From IMG/VR virus record IMGVR_UViG_3300031565_000019: 64,000 nucleotides of DNA. One strand, given 5' to 3'. The notes beneath the pieces are model-generated. The model searched no databases. It was given only the letters and a program-made list of their open reading frames with translations, and was not told the origin of the DNA. This DNA comes from an uncultured virus (IMG/VR IMGVR_UViG_3300031565_000019). Its lineage: Duplodnaviria > Heunggongvirae > Uroviricota > Caudoviricetes. Below, one piece after another: positions 10,213 to 20,977 of this stretch; the stretch's first letter is position 1; each line of letters begins with the position of its first letter. Both the position numbers and the translations under genes were made by a program.

Positions 10213-10574
10213 TGGAAAAGTGGCAGACAGAGATAAGCCTTAAATTCAAAAGGGTTCCTTGGCGCTTTAAGGTGGGCTTTACCTACGAATGGAAGGCGTG
10301 GCTGATAGCTTATGATCATTTTGACATGGGACCGGAAGAGTTCTCAAAATTGGATATCGATAAGCAGATCACAGGACTGGCTTACGGTGCAGCAGCGTGG
10401 CACTTGTTAAAGAATGGGGAGAAGGTATTCTTCAAATATGTTGATCTTGAAGAGGCATTGCTAAAGGCCAGCAAAGCAGAGAATATGAAGTTGACCGATG
10501 CCATGTCGTATGCCAAATTCCCGGACTGGCTAAAAGCCTGCAGGGAAGCAGGAAAAAAAAAAGAAGAGACTTAA
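10212..10574 (+). CDS. tail assembly chaperone (gpG-like)
   Basis: Between tail tube and tape measure; ends in a slippery GGA10G run. Confidence 0.75.
   Translation: MEKWQTEISLKFKRVPWRFKVGFTYEWKAWLIAYDHFDMGPEEFSKLDIDKQITGLAYGAAAWHLLKNGEKVFFKYVDLEEALLKASKAENMKLTDAMSYAKFPDWLKACREAGKKKEET
10551..10563 (+). other. programmed -1 frameshift site (gpG-gpGT type)
   Basis: GGAAAAAAAAAAG contains A-AAA-AAG; the -1 frame is open (KKKRRDLTIADIYD) into ORF 10595-10879. Confidence 0.8.
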
Positions 10575-10594
10575 CAATCGCCGACATTTATGAT

Positions 10595-10879
10595 ATGGCC
10601 TTTGCGGAATTGGGACTTAATGAAGAGGAGTTTTTTTCATTGCCGCCGTTTCGAACTTATCTGATGCAGATGAGATATAACAGAGAGATAGAACGACGAT
10701 GGGAACAGACAAGGTTTCAGGCTTCAGTGCAGCATAACACCGCACAGGGAAGGAAAAGAAACATAACACCACAACAGTTGATAAAACTTTCTTTTGATAA
10801 TAAATCAGGGATACCGGAATGGACGCAGGAAGAAGCACAGGAGTTAATAAATAAGTGGCCGGATATACCAAAAAACTAA
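10595..10879 (+). CDS. tail assembly chaperone C-terminal part (gpT-like, reached by frameshift)
   Basis: In the -1 frame relative to 10212; 'LGL..EEFF.L' motif. Confidence 0.75.
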   Translation: MAFAELGLNEEEFFSLPPFRTYLMQMRYNREIERRWEQTRFQASVQHNTAQGRKRNITPQQLIKLSFDNKSGIPEWTQEEAQELINKWPDIPKN

Positions 10880-10885
10880 TGTAGC

Positions 10886-12466
10886 GTGAAAATTATTGGT
10901 CAGCTGAAAGCTATTTTAGGGTTAGATAAAACCCGCTTTGATCGAGGGCTCAACAGTGCAGAGAAGAGAACCAGTCAGTTCAGTGCAGGGATAAAAAGGC
11001 TGGCAGGATTCATGGCTGCTGCTTTTTCTGTTACGGTAATTATTAGTTGGGCAAAAAAAGTATTGCAAAGTTATGATACACAAGCCAAAGCAGAAAGGTC
11101 TCTACTTGTAGCTCTGAAGGGACGGGAAGACATTCAAAAGAATTTAATCCGGCAAGCACAATCACTGCAGCGAATTACACTTTTTGGTGATGAGCAAACG
11201 ATACAGGCTGCCGCCAGGCTTGCAATGATGCTTGGTACAAATGAGGCAGCTATAAAACGTTTATTGCCTCTTGTTCAGGATTTGGCGACAGCAAAATTTG
11301 AAGGTAACCTGGTTACTGCAGCCGAATTAGTTGCTAAGTCCATCGGCTCCTCAACTAATGCTTTGTCCCGCTATGGCATCACGATAGAAGGTACGGTGGG
11401 CAGTGCTGACCGGCTAAGATCAGCAATTGAGGGTTTGAATAAGCAAGTCGGGGGGCAGTCAGCAGCAGCAGCAGAAGTGGGGATAGGTGCATTTACTCAG
11501 TTAAAAAATATTATTGGTGATTTAGGTGAGCAAATAGGTAAATTCCTTGTTGATAACAAGACTTATAAAGGATTAACACAATGGGGCAGGGATTTTGTTG
11601 AAATAGCAGCTCAGGAGAATGTAGGATTTTTAAAAGCCATAGGTCAGGCATGGTTTAAAAGAAATGAGACAATAAAGAAAATTCATGAGGAAAACGCATC
11701 CACAGAAGAACTGACAGGCACTACTAAGGTTTATATCCGGACAGTAGCTGATCTGAGAGAAGAATTGCAAGGCTATAAGGAAGATATTGAAAGCATGGCT
11801 GTTTCTGACAGAGAAGGGATACAGGTATTATTAAAAAAAATACAGGAAACAGAAAATTATATAACCACACTGACAACTCTCGAACGCAAACTTATAGCAC
11901 TTGAAAGTATTTCCGGATTAAGGGCTCCTGCCGTATCTGCCGGCTTCCCCGCCGCTCCGGGAATACAACCATTTGGAGGTACAATTGCCACGGGAGCAGA
12001 GATCAATCAAAGGCAGATAGAGGCAATGACTGAATCTTTGCAGGAACAACAGATTGCAGTAGGCATATTAAGCAATGCCTTTGATACATTATTCACATCA
12101 ACGGAAGATGGGTTTAAGGCAATGGTTGATTCTATTATTTCAAACTTGAAGAGATTGGTGGCTGAATTACTGGCGAGGGTTGCAGTTTTAGCTATTTTGA
12201 ATGCCTTAACCGGTGGTGGGGCAAGTTTTGCAACAATCTTTAAGGGAGCGACTGCAAGTATGGGGCTTGCCAAAGGAGCCAGCGGTGGTACTGTCCCTTC
12301 CGGATACCCTCATGATACCTTCCCGGCCATGCTGAGTTCAGGAGAGACAGTACTCACAGCAAGACAAAGCAGGGATTTCAACAGAACCATAAATATAATT
12401 GTGTCCGGCGATATAGCTGGCAGGGCAATTGCCTTAGTAGGACGAAGAACGGAGGAAGAAAACTAA
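10886..12466 (+). CDS. tail tape measure protein, module 1
   Basis: Ala/Gly-rich helical protein after the chaperones; C-terminal 'ASGG.VP...DTFPAMLSSGE.VL'. Confidence 0.85.
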   Translation: MKIIGQLKAILGLDKTRFDRGLNSAEKRTSQFSAGIKRLAGFMAAAFSVTVIISWAKKVLQSYDTQAKAERSLLVALKGREDIQKNLIRQAQSLQRITLFGDEQTIQAAARLAMMLGTNEAAIKRLLPLVQDLATAKFEGNLVTAAELVAKSIGSSTNALSRYGITIEGTVGSADRLRSAIEGLNKQVGGQSAAAAEVGIGAFTQLKNIIGDLGEQIGKFLVDNKTYKGLTQWGRDFVEIAAQENVGFLKAIGQAWFKRNETIKKIHEENASTEELTGTTKVYIRTVADLREELQGYKEDIESMAVSDREGIQVLLKKIQETENYITTLTTLERKLIALESISGLRAPAVSAGFPAAPGIQPFGGTIATGAEINQRQIEAMTESLQEQQIAVGILSNAFDTLFTSTEDGFKAMVDSIISNLKRLVAELLARVAVLAILNALTGGGASFATIFKGATASMGLAKGASGGTVPSGYPHDTFPAMLSSGETVLTARQSRDFNRTINIIVSGDIAGRAIALVGRRTEEEN

Positions 12467-14826
12467 TGGCATGGGGAGAAAAATATAAAGTACTGGTGCG
12501 GGACCGCTTTAATGTTTTGTGGACAACAAAAATATATAAGGATGGTTACTCAGGCGTTGTCACTACTCTTATCGGAGCAGGCAGTACTCCTCTGAAATTT
12601 GAGTTTTGTAATAAGTCGGATAATATCATGGATCCCATCAAGAGCTCAAGAGTCATTCTGAAGGTATGGTCTTTTAGCATGTTTGCTTTGGCAGAATTAT
12701 ATTCGGTCGAAGATATGTACCATAAAGTAGAAATCTTTCATGGAGAAAATTTATACTGGACGGGGTACATTGACCCTCATCAGTGTACGGAGCAATATGG
12801 GCCGGTCCCTTATCCTGTGAATATTTATTGCATTGACGGATTGACATTGCTTAAAAATATTCTCTATGACGATGACGGTGAGTATTATAACGGACGTATC
12901 CGGGAGAGCCAGATCATTCTTGATATACTTGCAAAAATAGGTTTTACTTCATTTTACGAGTTTTGCAATATCTACGAAGACAGGATGGCCGATAATGTTG
13001 GTGACTCGCCGATGGATCAGACATTTCCAGATGTGGATATTTTCAAGGATATGTACTGCTATGAGGTACTTGAAAAATTGTTAGGGAAAAATAATATTAT
13101 CCGGCAGAGTTACGGGGCATTTTATATCACCAGGCCGACGGAGATGATAGGAGATAGCGTGGCAGGGAGGTACTTCACCGGTGCGACAACAAAGAACTCG
13201 GTTATTATTGTTCCCGATCAGTTCATTTACCGGCCAGACACGCATCCGTCACGGACTATCAGACAAGTGCCTGTAGGAACAAAGATGATGCAATCTCCTA
13301 TCAAGAAAGTAACTATTAAACAGAATTACGGAAATAAAGAGAGTTGGTTAGATAACTGGAAATTTGAAAGGGATACATTTTCAGGCAGTCCATTTGAAGG
13401 ATATAGTTGTAAAAATTGGGAAAAGGCCGGGGGTGTAGCTATACATCCTATTAGTGCTGGATTACCTTCGGAATCTGAGGGTATATTAATAGAGTACAAT
13501 ACTTACCCAAGTCTAACCAAGTATATTAAGCAAACTTATGGTACAAAAGCATTAACCAGTGCTACCGATGTTTTAAAACTCGAATTTGACTATTTATTTC
13601 ATAATTTATCAGGCAGCCCTCAAGACCCTGTATATTTTTACATTGAAATATACTCAGCAGATGGGCATTATCTCCACATAGGTCTTGATGATATAGAAGA
13701 GGGGATATGGCATAATTATCAAGACCAGGTTATAATCGGTGATGCTGCTCCAGAGGGGATTCCTGAATGGAGATCCTATCAAAGAATAATACCAGGACTT
13801 CCCGCAGTCGGTAATTATACAGTTAAAATATATGGTGCTGTTAATGCTTATGGTAATTTGGTATGGGTAGGTATTAGGAATTTTAGATTCTATTGCACTT
13901 CAGATAAGATTTTAATATTGAAAGTCAAACAAACGTTAAAAACAGTATTTGGAAAATACTTTAAACGTAAATATGTTTGGATGCCACAACGAACATTTGT
14001 TGATGTCGAAGAGATTGTAGAAAAACAATATACCAAAACCAATCCCATTAATGGCGAAGAGGTAGAACTTGATCATATTCTTGGTGATGTAGTTAATTCG
14101 GATATTGACAATGTACTGGAACAGTTCGCCGGGGCGCTGGCATTGGGTACTGCACAGATAAGAGTTGATACTATCACTCTGACAGGATCATCCGGGCAAT
14201 GTTCATTACTCTGCAATGGGTTAGGACGTTTCGCGGAATGGAACGCATCACTCACACAAACGGCAGCAGATTTTGTAACTAATTACGCAGCTTTATATCT
14301 GCCTACCGGTGTAGTACTGACTTCCTCTGGAGCAGATGTTATCTTCACGGGAACAGTAGCAGGATTTGAATTTTATGGTGAAACATCTGTTGGTTATCAG
14401 TCAGGAACATTGGATGGAACAGTTGTTTATACCACACCGGCTTATGCCTTATTCCCATCTGAGTCATGGAGTCGCAGGGGAACGGTAGAAATGAAAGAAC
14501 TCTTGCAGATCATCTGTGATGAGATAGCGGAACAATATAGCAGACCTAAACAGTTGATTCAGATGCCTATCATGGACATGGCAGGACCAATGGCAATCAA
14601 CCTGCTGGGAAATATTCAGGACACGATAAATACTCTTGATGGCAAAGCTCGTGTCTTTGTTATTAACAGGGGGGAGTTTGATGTGAGAAACAGGATGTGG
14701 ATGCTTGATCTTTTTGAGATAGGGACGAAAGACATCGTGGAAGAGGAGCCGGGCGAAGGTCCTTATACAGCAGACAATATGGTGGTTACAGTTGATTCAA
14801 CAGTTATAACAGTAGATTCATTATAA
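12466..14826 (+). CDS. tail tip / hub-type structural protein
   Basis: Large gene coupled to the tape measure; 'LYWTGYI' and 'CIDGL..LK' motifs seen in Bacteroidota phage tail proteins. Confidence 0.65.
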   Translation: MAWGEKYKVLVRDRFNVLWTTKIYKDGYSGVVTTLIGAGSTPLKFEFCNKSDNIMDPIKSSRVILKVWSFSMFALAELYSVEDMYHKVEIFHGENLYWTGYIDPHQCTEQYGPVPYPVNIYCIDGLTLLKNILYDDDGEYYNGRIRESQIILDILAKIGFTSFYEFCNIYEDRMADNVGDSPMDQTFPDVDIFKDMYCYEVLEKLLGKNNIIRQSYGAFYITRPTEMIGDSVAGRYFTGATTKNSVIIVPDQFIYRPDTHPSRTIRQVPVGTKMMQSPIKKVTIKQNYGNKESWLDNWKFERDTFSGSPFEGYSCKNWEKAGGVAIHPISAGLPSESEGILIEYNTYPSLTKYIKQTYGTKALTSATDVLKLEFDYLFHNLSGSPQDPVYFYIEIYSADGHYLHIGLDDIEEGIWHNYQDQVIIGDAAPEGIPEWRSYQRIIPGLPAVGNYTVKIYGAVNAYGNLVWVGIRNFRFYCTSDKILILKVKQTLKTVFGKYFKRKYVWMPQRTFVDVEEIVEKQYTKTNPINGEEVELDHILGDVVNSDIDNVLEQFAGALALGTAQIRVDTITLTGSSGQCSLLCNGLGRFAEWNASLTQTAADFVTNYAALYLPTGVVLTSSGADVIFTGTVAGFEFYGETSVGYQSGTLDGTVVYTTPAYALFPSESWSRRGTVEMKELLQIICDEIAEQYSRPKQLIQMPIMDMAGPMAINLLGNIQDTINTLDGKARVFVINRGEFDVRNRMWMLDLFEIGTKDIVEEEPGEGPYTADNMVVTVDSTVITVDSL

Positions 14827-14828
14827 TT

Positions 14829-16241
14829 ATGAAAAAGTTACTTATTCTTATTTTATTTTTTATCAGTCTGGCATCGTATAGTCAGATTCAGAATATTGGG
14901 GTCGGAACGGTTCCAAATGACGGTACTGGCGATCCTCTTCGCACGGCATTTATTAAAGTGAACAATAACTTCAGTTATCACGCTGGGTTGATTGATCTGA
15001 AGGCCAATCTGGCTTCGCCGACATTTACAGGAGCACCTTTGGCAACTACGGCAGCACCAGGAACAAACACGACACAGATAGCTACAACGGCATTTGCACG
15101 AATTGAAACATCAGGGCAGATCGCTGATTCCGTGACAGCTCGTATTGCAGCAGCAGCAGCAATAAATACTATTTCTCCTGTCTGGGCAACAGATACAGCA
15201 AATGCTCCCGGTAGTATAATAACTTTTACTCAGTTACAGAGTTTTACAGGTGGTGGCGGAACAGCAGGTAAATATTACGAAGTAAGTGGGAGGGTTGGAG
15301 GATTGGGATTCCCGTCAGCAGGAGACTCGACAGATTCTCATTCTTCATGGATTGGCAGAAAGCTAATTGTAAGCCGTGAAGGTAATGAACAACAGCAACA
15401 TGCAGATAATACTGAAGAAGATGGGTTTCGATTCGACAACGTGACAGGGATAGTTACTTTTAGACCTGTCTTGGCTGACAGGGAACAATTAATATATCGG
15501 GCAACAAACACAATACAGTACGAAAGTTTGACTGCTGAAGGTGGTGGAGGAGAAGCTGAATCTGTTTTGCTGGATTCTATTCGGGCTTATTTGCAGATGG
15601 ATGAAGATATAGGAGTGACCCTCAGTGAAAAGGTAGGAGGTTATAATGGGACTTTGTACGGATCAGGAGTATTGGGTAATCCGGGTAAGGTCGGATTATC
15701 GGTCAAAGTACTTGACAATGGGGCAGTCGTTATTCCTTATAATTCTGCATTAGCTGTCGTCGGGGATAGATTAAGTATATCGGTATGGTTCTATCTTACT
15801 ACTCTTCCTTCCGTATCGGGGGTTAGAAATACTTTATTCACTCTTTGGGACAATACATATCATATTGCACACACGTTGTCTGTTTTTACTGATAATAAAG
15901 TATGGGGAGAAATTCATAATTCCACTGCCGATGAACATTATGTTAGTAGTACTTCAACAGTCTCAACGGGCCAGTGGTACAATGCAACTCTTGTCTGTGA
16001 GGGGACAGGTAGAACATTAAAGATGTATCTTGATGGGGTGCAATCGGAAGGTAATATCTTCAACGGTACATTACATTCTTTTGATGGCAATATAACGATA
16101 GGTAATCAGCAGTCCGGTAATCTTTACTGGTTCAGGGGCTATATTGATGAAGTAGGTTACTGGTACCAAAGATTAACTCCTGCCGATATTCTTTTACTCA
16201 AACCGGCAACCACAGGAACCACTTATCCATTTGTACCATGA
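14829..16241 (+). CDS. fibre-like protein with signal peptide, 'NDGTGDPLR' motif and C-terminal LamG/ConA-like domain
   Basis: Sec leader; 'PNDGTGDPLRTAFIKVNNNF'; 'ASPTFTGAP...TQIATTAF' fibre repeat; 'GQWY...MYLDG...FRGYIDEV' LamG. Confidence 0.75.
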   Translation: MKKLLILILFFISLASYSQIQNIGVGTVPNDGTGDPLRTAFIKVNNNFSYHAGLIDLKANLASPTFTGAPLATTAAPGTNTTQIATTAFARIETSGQIADSVTARIAAAAAINTISPVWATDTANAPGSIITFTQLQSFTGGGGTAGKYYEVSGRVGGLGFPSAGDSTDSHSSWIGRKLIVSREGNEQQQHADNTEEDGFRFDNVTGIVTFRPVLADREQLIYRATNTIQYESLTAEGGGGEAESVLLDSIRAYLQMDEDIGVTLSEKVGGYNGTLYGSGVLGNPGKVGLSVKVLDNGAVVIPYNSALAVVGDRLSISVWFYLTTLPSVSGVRNTLFTLWDNTYHIAHTLSVFTDNKVWGEIHNSTADEHYVSSTSTVSTGQWYNATLVCEGTGRTLKMYLDGVQSEGNIFNGTLHSFDGNITIGNQQSGNLYWFRGYIDEVGYWYQRLTPADILLLKPATTGTTYPFVP

Positions 16242-18175
16242 GGAAACTATTAACCATATTATTCCTGTTTTGCAGTCTGATATTATCGGCAGCTACTTAC
16301 TACATTGATCCTGTCGGTACGGACGGTCCTTCTCACACGGGACTGATAGATGATCCGTGGAAAACACTCGGTTACGCCTGTACAAGGGTATCGGGAACAG
16401 GAGATATAATTCATGTTAATCCCGGCACATACATAGAAACAGGAGTTAGTAATCTTGCAGAGGGTGTAAGTATAGAGGGAATTGGTGATCAGTCACTGAT
16501 AAAATCACATCTTGCTGCTGCCGGTAGTTTCGAAGGACTGATAAGACTCGCTTCCGGATCAGTAACAGATGGTAATCAAAGTATAAGTAAAATTAGACTT
16601 GATGGAGATAACTATGCAGGTTATAAGGCAATCAGCATATATCAACGGAACCATGTGGTTATCCATGATGTAACAGTAGTTAATTTTCGCATCGAAGGGA
16701 TACGGTTCGGAGGACCGGGCCAGACGCATGGCAACGAAGTATATAACTGCACGATAACTAATTCTGGATGGTATTACAACGGCGACCAGCGTCCCAATCT
16801 TAATGCCGAGAACACGACAGGGATGCTTATTCATCATAACACAATTGCCGTCACTGACAGAGGCGATGGACGTTCAGGAACAGGTTTTGAGAGTTTCGCC
16901 GGGCTTGTAGGATGTAAATTTTATAATAATAATGTCTCTAATGTTCCACAGGTTGGGTCGGAATGGGCATTTACGTTTGAGACTTTCCATACCACCGGGA
17001 TAGAAATGTATAACAATAATTTTAGCGGGAAGGTAGATTTTGGACATGATATTCTAAAGGGTGCCTATGATTATGGAGTTGATTTTCATCATAACACGGT
17101 TGGTACGGCAACATTTAATTCAGTTCATGCAGATGGGTTGCAGTTTGAATATACTTCCGAGAATGTGATAGTCCGGGAGAACATATTTAAAAATCTTCAG
17201 TATCCAATTTATTTCTGTCAATATAACAGTGCAACGGAATACATTGATAACGCCTGGATTTATAATAACCTGATGTATAATGTGGGTCGTACCGGGGGAG
17301 GATCCGGGAGTGGTATATATTTTGAAACGGGGCCTGTTTTACCGGCTTATATTGATAATGTAAATATATGGAATAATGTCATTATTGGTAGTGCAACAAA
17401 TGTACCCCTGCATGGTATCTCTTTGCCTTCCGGTAACGCCGTGACAAACATGAGCATTAGGAATAATATTATTCAGGGTTTCGCTGTTGCCCCGATTTAC
17501 GCCAACCGGACTCCTTATGGCACAATCAACATTATGAGTGTCGAGAATAATTTGTTTTATCAGAACGGGAATAGCAATATCCCTCTTTATATACGTCCCG
17601 TACCTACTAACTTAACTTACCAGAATAATAACATAGGCAATCCTTATTTTGTCGGGGGTACGGATTTTCATCTGACTTCTTTATCAACTTTGGCTATTGC
17701 CGAAGGGATAAACGTTGGATTAACTTATGATTATGACGGTCAGTTATGGAATGCCACACCGAGTATCGGTGCTTATGAATACGGAGTTGCACCTTCAGTT
17801 GTGCCAACTGTTACCACGACAGTAATAACTGACATCACGACTACTACTGCAACGAGCGGGGGCAATGTCACAGATGACGGAGGGGAGAGTGTTACTGCCA
17901 GAGGTGTGTGCTGGTCAACGGGCCAGAATCCTACTACGGCAAGCAATCACACCACGGACGGCACGGGGACGGGGGTATTTGTCAGTGATATAATCAACCT
18001 GACACCGGGACTTACTTACTACGTACGGGCTTATGCAACAAACTCAGTGGGCACAGGTTATGGCAACCAGAGGAGTTTTGTTGCGAGTGCTACGCCTCCA
18101 CCAACTGGAAATGTTCTTATAAAAAGTGGCACTGAATTTATTAAAAGTGGAACACAACTTATAAAAATTGAATGA
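16238..18175 (+). CDS. signal-peptide right-handed beta-helix protein with C-terminal FN3-like domain (putative depolymerase/adhesin)
   Basis: 'ATYYIDP.G', 'PWKTL', Asn-rich parallel beta-helix repeats, 'IGAYEY' and 'TYYVRAYATN'. Confidence 0.75.
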   Translation: MRKLLTILFLFCSLILSAATYYIDPVGTDGPSHTGLIDDPWKTLGYACTRVSGTGDIIHVNPGTYIETGVSNLAEGVSIEGIGDQSLIKSHLAAAGSFEGLIRLASGSVTDGNQSISKIRLDGDNYAGYKAISIYQRNHVVIHDVTVVNFRIEGIRFGGPGQTHGNEVYNCTITNSGWYYNGDQRPNLNAENTTGMLIHHNTIAVTDRGDGRSGTGFESFAGLVGCKFYNNNVSNVPQVGSEWAFTFETFHTTGIEMYNNNFSGKVDFGHDILKGAYDYGVDFHHNTVGTATFNSVHADGLQFEYTSENVIVRENIFKNLQYPIYFCQYNSATEYIDNAWIYNNLMYNVGRTGGGSGSGIYFETGPVLPAYIDNVNIWNNVIIGSATNVPLHGISLPSGNAVTNMSIRNNIIQGFAVAPIYANRTPYGTINIMSVENNLFYQNGNSNIPLYIRPVPTNLTYQNNNIGNPYFVGGTDFHLTSLSTLAIAEGINVGLTYDYDGQLWNATPSIGAYEYGVAPSVVPTVTTTVITDITTTTATSGGNVTDDGGESVTARGVCWSTGQNPTTASNHTTDGTGTGVFVSDIINLTPGLTYYVRAYATNSVGTGYGNQRSFVASATPPPTGNVLIKSGTEFIKSGTQLIKIE

Positions 18176-19160
18176 TATGAAAAAGATAGTTTTGTTTATT
18201 ATTTTATGCCTGATGCCCTTTGCTTTGATGGGGCAGAGTACGAATGTGAGATTCAGGGTTGAGGGAACGGATGTCAAGATGAATAGAGGTGAGGATAGTC
18301 TTAATCCTTATATACCTTATGCTGAAAGGGCAGATTTGGTAACTTGGTTAAGAGATCTTGGTGTAACTATGTTTACTGATGAATACCAACTTGTATATAA
18401 TGCACTTGATATTAAGCCGGGTATTGATACGTCACGTTATCAGAACGACATGGTTTACAGTCTTGACAGTGCAGGTTACTGGGACAGGATAAAATTACTT
18501 TACATAGCTGCTCAGAGAAGTACGGCAGGGGCAAAAATAAACTGGGTTACACCCGGGACTTATAATTTGACTGATCCTGGAAGTACAGTACCGGCATTTA
18601 TCAAGTATCAGGGATTTGACGGAAATGGTACTACGCATTATCTTGCAACAGGATGGATACCTAATTCGGATTCTTTACTTGTTAATCATGGTGGTGCAGA
18701 ACCATCGGGAATAGGAAGGAATGATATGACAATAGCTTCATGGTCGCTAAGTGACATAAACACGAGCGATATACCACTTGGAGTTACTGGTGTCACTGAA
18801 TCTTATAGCCTGCGCATGTATCCACGGACGAGTGATGCTTTTATGGCAATGATTAATAGTACTAATGTATCTGATTTTGGTGACCCCGGTAGTACGATTG
18901 GATTAATGATGGCTACACGAAGAGGCAAATCGGAATTGGAGGGTTATTATAATGGTGCACATTTGGGAGATGATACAGACGCTTCAGGTGGTCTTCCGGA
19001 TAAGGAATTAGATGTACTTGCTCGCAATAATGCTGACGTGGCTGATCTTTTTTATGATGGGATTATTTCAATCATATTAGTTATGGATCAGGTTTCTGAT
19101 GCTGATGCTCTTGGACTTTACAATATTTTTCACAGATATATGACAAGGATAGGACAATGA
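18168..19160 (+). CDS. signal-peptide structural protein (lectin-like); paralogue of 61928-63073
   Basis: Sec leader from M4; long near-identical block shared with 61928. Confidence 0.65.
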   Translation: MNDMKKIVLFIILCLMPFALMGQSTNVRFRVEGTDVKMNRGEDSLNPYIPYAERADLVTWLRDLGVTMFTDEYQLVYNALDIKPGIDTSRYQNDMVYSLDSAGYWDRIKLLYIAAQRSTAGAKINWVTPGTYNLTDPGSTVPAFIKYQGFDGNGTTHYLATGWIPNSDSLLVNHGGAEPSGIGRNDMTIASWSLSDINTSDIPLGVTGVTESYSLRMYPRTSDAFMAMINSTNVSDFGDPGSTIGLMMATRRGKSELEGYYNGAHLGDDTDASGGLPDKELDVLARNNADVADLFYDGIISIILVMDQVSDADALGLYNIFHRYMTRIGQ

Positions 19161-20977
19161 GAAAGATAATTATTATAATATTATTTTTATTTATAAGTGT
19201 TTCTGTAAATGCTACTATTTACTGGGTAACTCCGCGAGGATCAAATGCAAATACTGGTGCTGATTCTTCTTCAACAGGTGCATGGCTTACCTGGCATTAT
19301 GCTTTTAATCAAACAGCCGTAGCTGGTGATACGGTTTATTTTAGAGGTGGCATTTATACTGCATATAGTACAACGATTGGTGCACAGTTAAATAATGCAG
19401 CAATGAGTGGAACTTATAATGAACCTACCTGTTTTTTTGCTTATCCGGCTGATTGGGCAACTGGCAATTATCCTATTTTTGATGGCAGTCTTTTAGCGAA
19501 GACACAAAACCAATGGGGTATTGAAATTACAAAAGTCAGCAATATTCATTTTAAAGGTTTATGGGTCAGGAATGTAAGGCAAGTAGGTACGGCCATTGAC
19601 TCTAAAGCATCAGGATGGTTTCTTTGGAGCAGTTACAGTATGACTGATTATGCACCTAATAATATCAGATTTGAGAATTGTGTTGCTCATCACATAGGAG
19701 GGGCTGGTTTTGAAAAAATGATTGCTGATACTTTATATTTCATAAATTGTGATGCTTTTAATTGTTGCGATTCACTGTCTGTTGCTGATCCTGGTGGTCA
19801 TGGAGAGGGGTTTGGTATATTTGGCAGATCAGGCACACATAATGATGCATATATGTCTTATACATATTTATTTGGTTGTAGGGCATGGATGTGTTCAGAT
19901 CAAGGTTTTTCTTATTGTTCTAAAGGAGTGATAGTTACAGATCATTGCTGGTCTATACATAATGGTGATATGCCATTCCCGACAAATACTGCAAGAAAAG
20001 GTTCTGCATGGAAATTATGGTATTATGATGCTACACAAGTTAAAAATTCAAGTATTACACAAATAGTAATGCATAATAGTATAGGTGCTTATAATGCATT
20101 TCATGGTTGGAACTGGACAGATGCATCAGAACCTACAATGCCGGAAATAAGATGCCATATATATAATAATCTCTTCTATGGTAATACTTATTCTGTACCT
20201 TATTATGGTTCGCCGTGGGGTTATAATATGATGGATGATGTACAAACTGATACAGTTGGTAAGTGGGATCATAAATATTATAACAATTTATCTTATGATG
20301 TAAATGATTACAGATATGATATATTGGGAGGTGTCAATGGATCAAATAATCTTTGGAACGTGTCCGGATCGCCTGTTACTGATCTTTATTTTCTGAGTCT
20401 TGATACAGCAGGGATGCTTGGTGTAGGAACAAGAAAAGCGGATGGTTCATTACCCGATACTGATTTTGGCAAATCTTCATCAACAAGTCCTTTGATAGAT
20501 GCAGGAATAGATGTATTTGGTATAGACTTTAATGGTGAAGCACCTGATATTGGGTGGGTGGAATACGAACCACAAGACCCGCCAGTTGATCCAATAGTTA
20601 TAGTAGTTGTAGATATTTCCGCAGGAGCAGGACAGGCGACAATAGGATGTAACGTGACGGATGACGGCGGGGGAACGGTATCAGACAGGGGTGTGTGCTG
20701 GGCATTAACTGCCAATCCCGTAATTACTGACAGTCATAACCATAATGGAACAGGCACGGGAACATTTAACTCATATATAACAGGACTATTGCCAATTACC
20801 ACTTATCATGTAAGGGCCTTTGCGACTAATGAGGCGGGCACGGGATATAGTGCAGATTCAGAGTTTATGACAACTTCCGATGCGGGACTTGGTGGTGATG
20901 TCGTATTTAGTCCTGATGGGAAGCCTTTATTTATTTACGATAATGTCAGTGGAACTTGGAAAATATTAGTAAAATGA
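19157..20977 (+). CDS. signal-peptide beta-helix (PL9 pectate-lyase-like) protein with FN3-like domain
   Basis: 'AGDTVYFRGG', 'CRAW..SDQGF', 'RKADGSLP' and 'APDIG' PL9-like motifs; 'TYHVRAFATN'. Confidence 0.75.
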   Translation: MRKIIIIILFLFISVSVNATIYWVTPRGSNANTGADSSSTGAWLTWHYAFNQTAVAGDTVYFRGGIYTAYSTTIGAQLNNAAMSGTYNEPTCFFAYPADWATGNYPIFDGSLLAKTQNQWGIEITKVSNIHFKGLWVRNVRQVGTAIDSKASGWFLWSSYSMTDYAPNNIRFENCVAHHIGGAGFEKMIADTLYFINCDAFNCCDSLSVADPGGHGEGFGIFGRSGTHNDAYMSYTYLFGCRAWMCSDQGFSYCSKGVIVTDHCWSIHNGDMPFPTNTARKGSAWKLWYYDATQVKNSSITQIVMHNSIGAYNAFHGWNWTDASEPTMPEIRCHIYNNLFYGNTYSVPYYGSPWGYNMMDDVQTDTVGKWDHKYYNNLSYDVNDYRYDILGGVNGSNNLWNVSGSPVTDLYFLSLDTAGMLGVGTRKADGSLPDTDFGKSSSTSPLIDAGIDVFGIDFNGEAPDIGWVEYEPQDPPVDPIVIVVVDISAGAGQATIGCNVTDDGGGTVSDRGVCWALTANPVITDSHNHNGTGTGTFNSYITGLLPITTYHVRAFATNEAGTGYSADSEFMTTSDAGLGGDVVFSPDGKPLFIYDNVSGTWKILVK

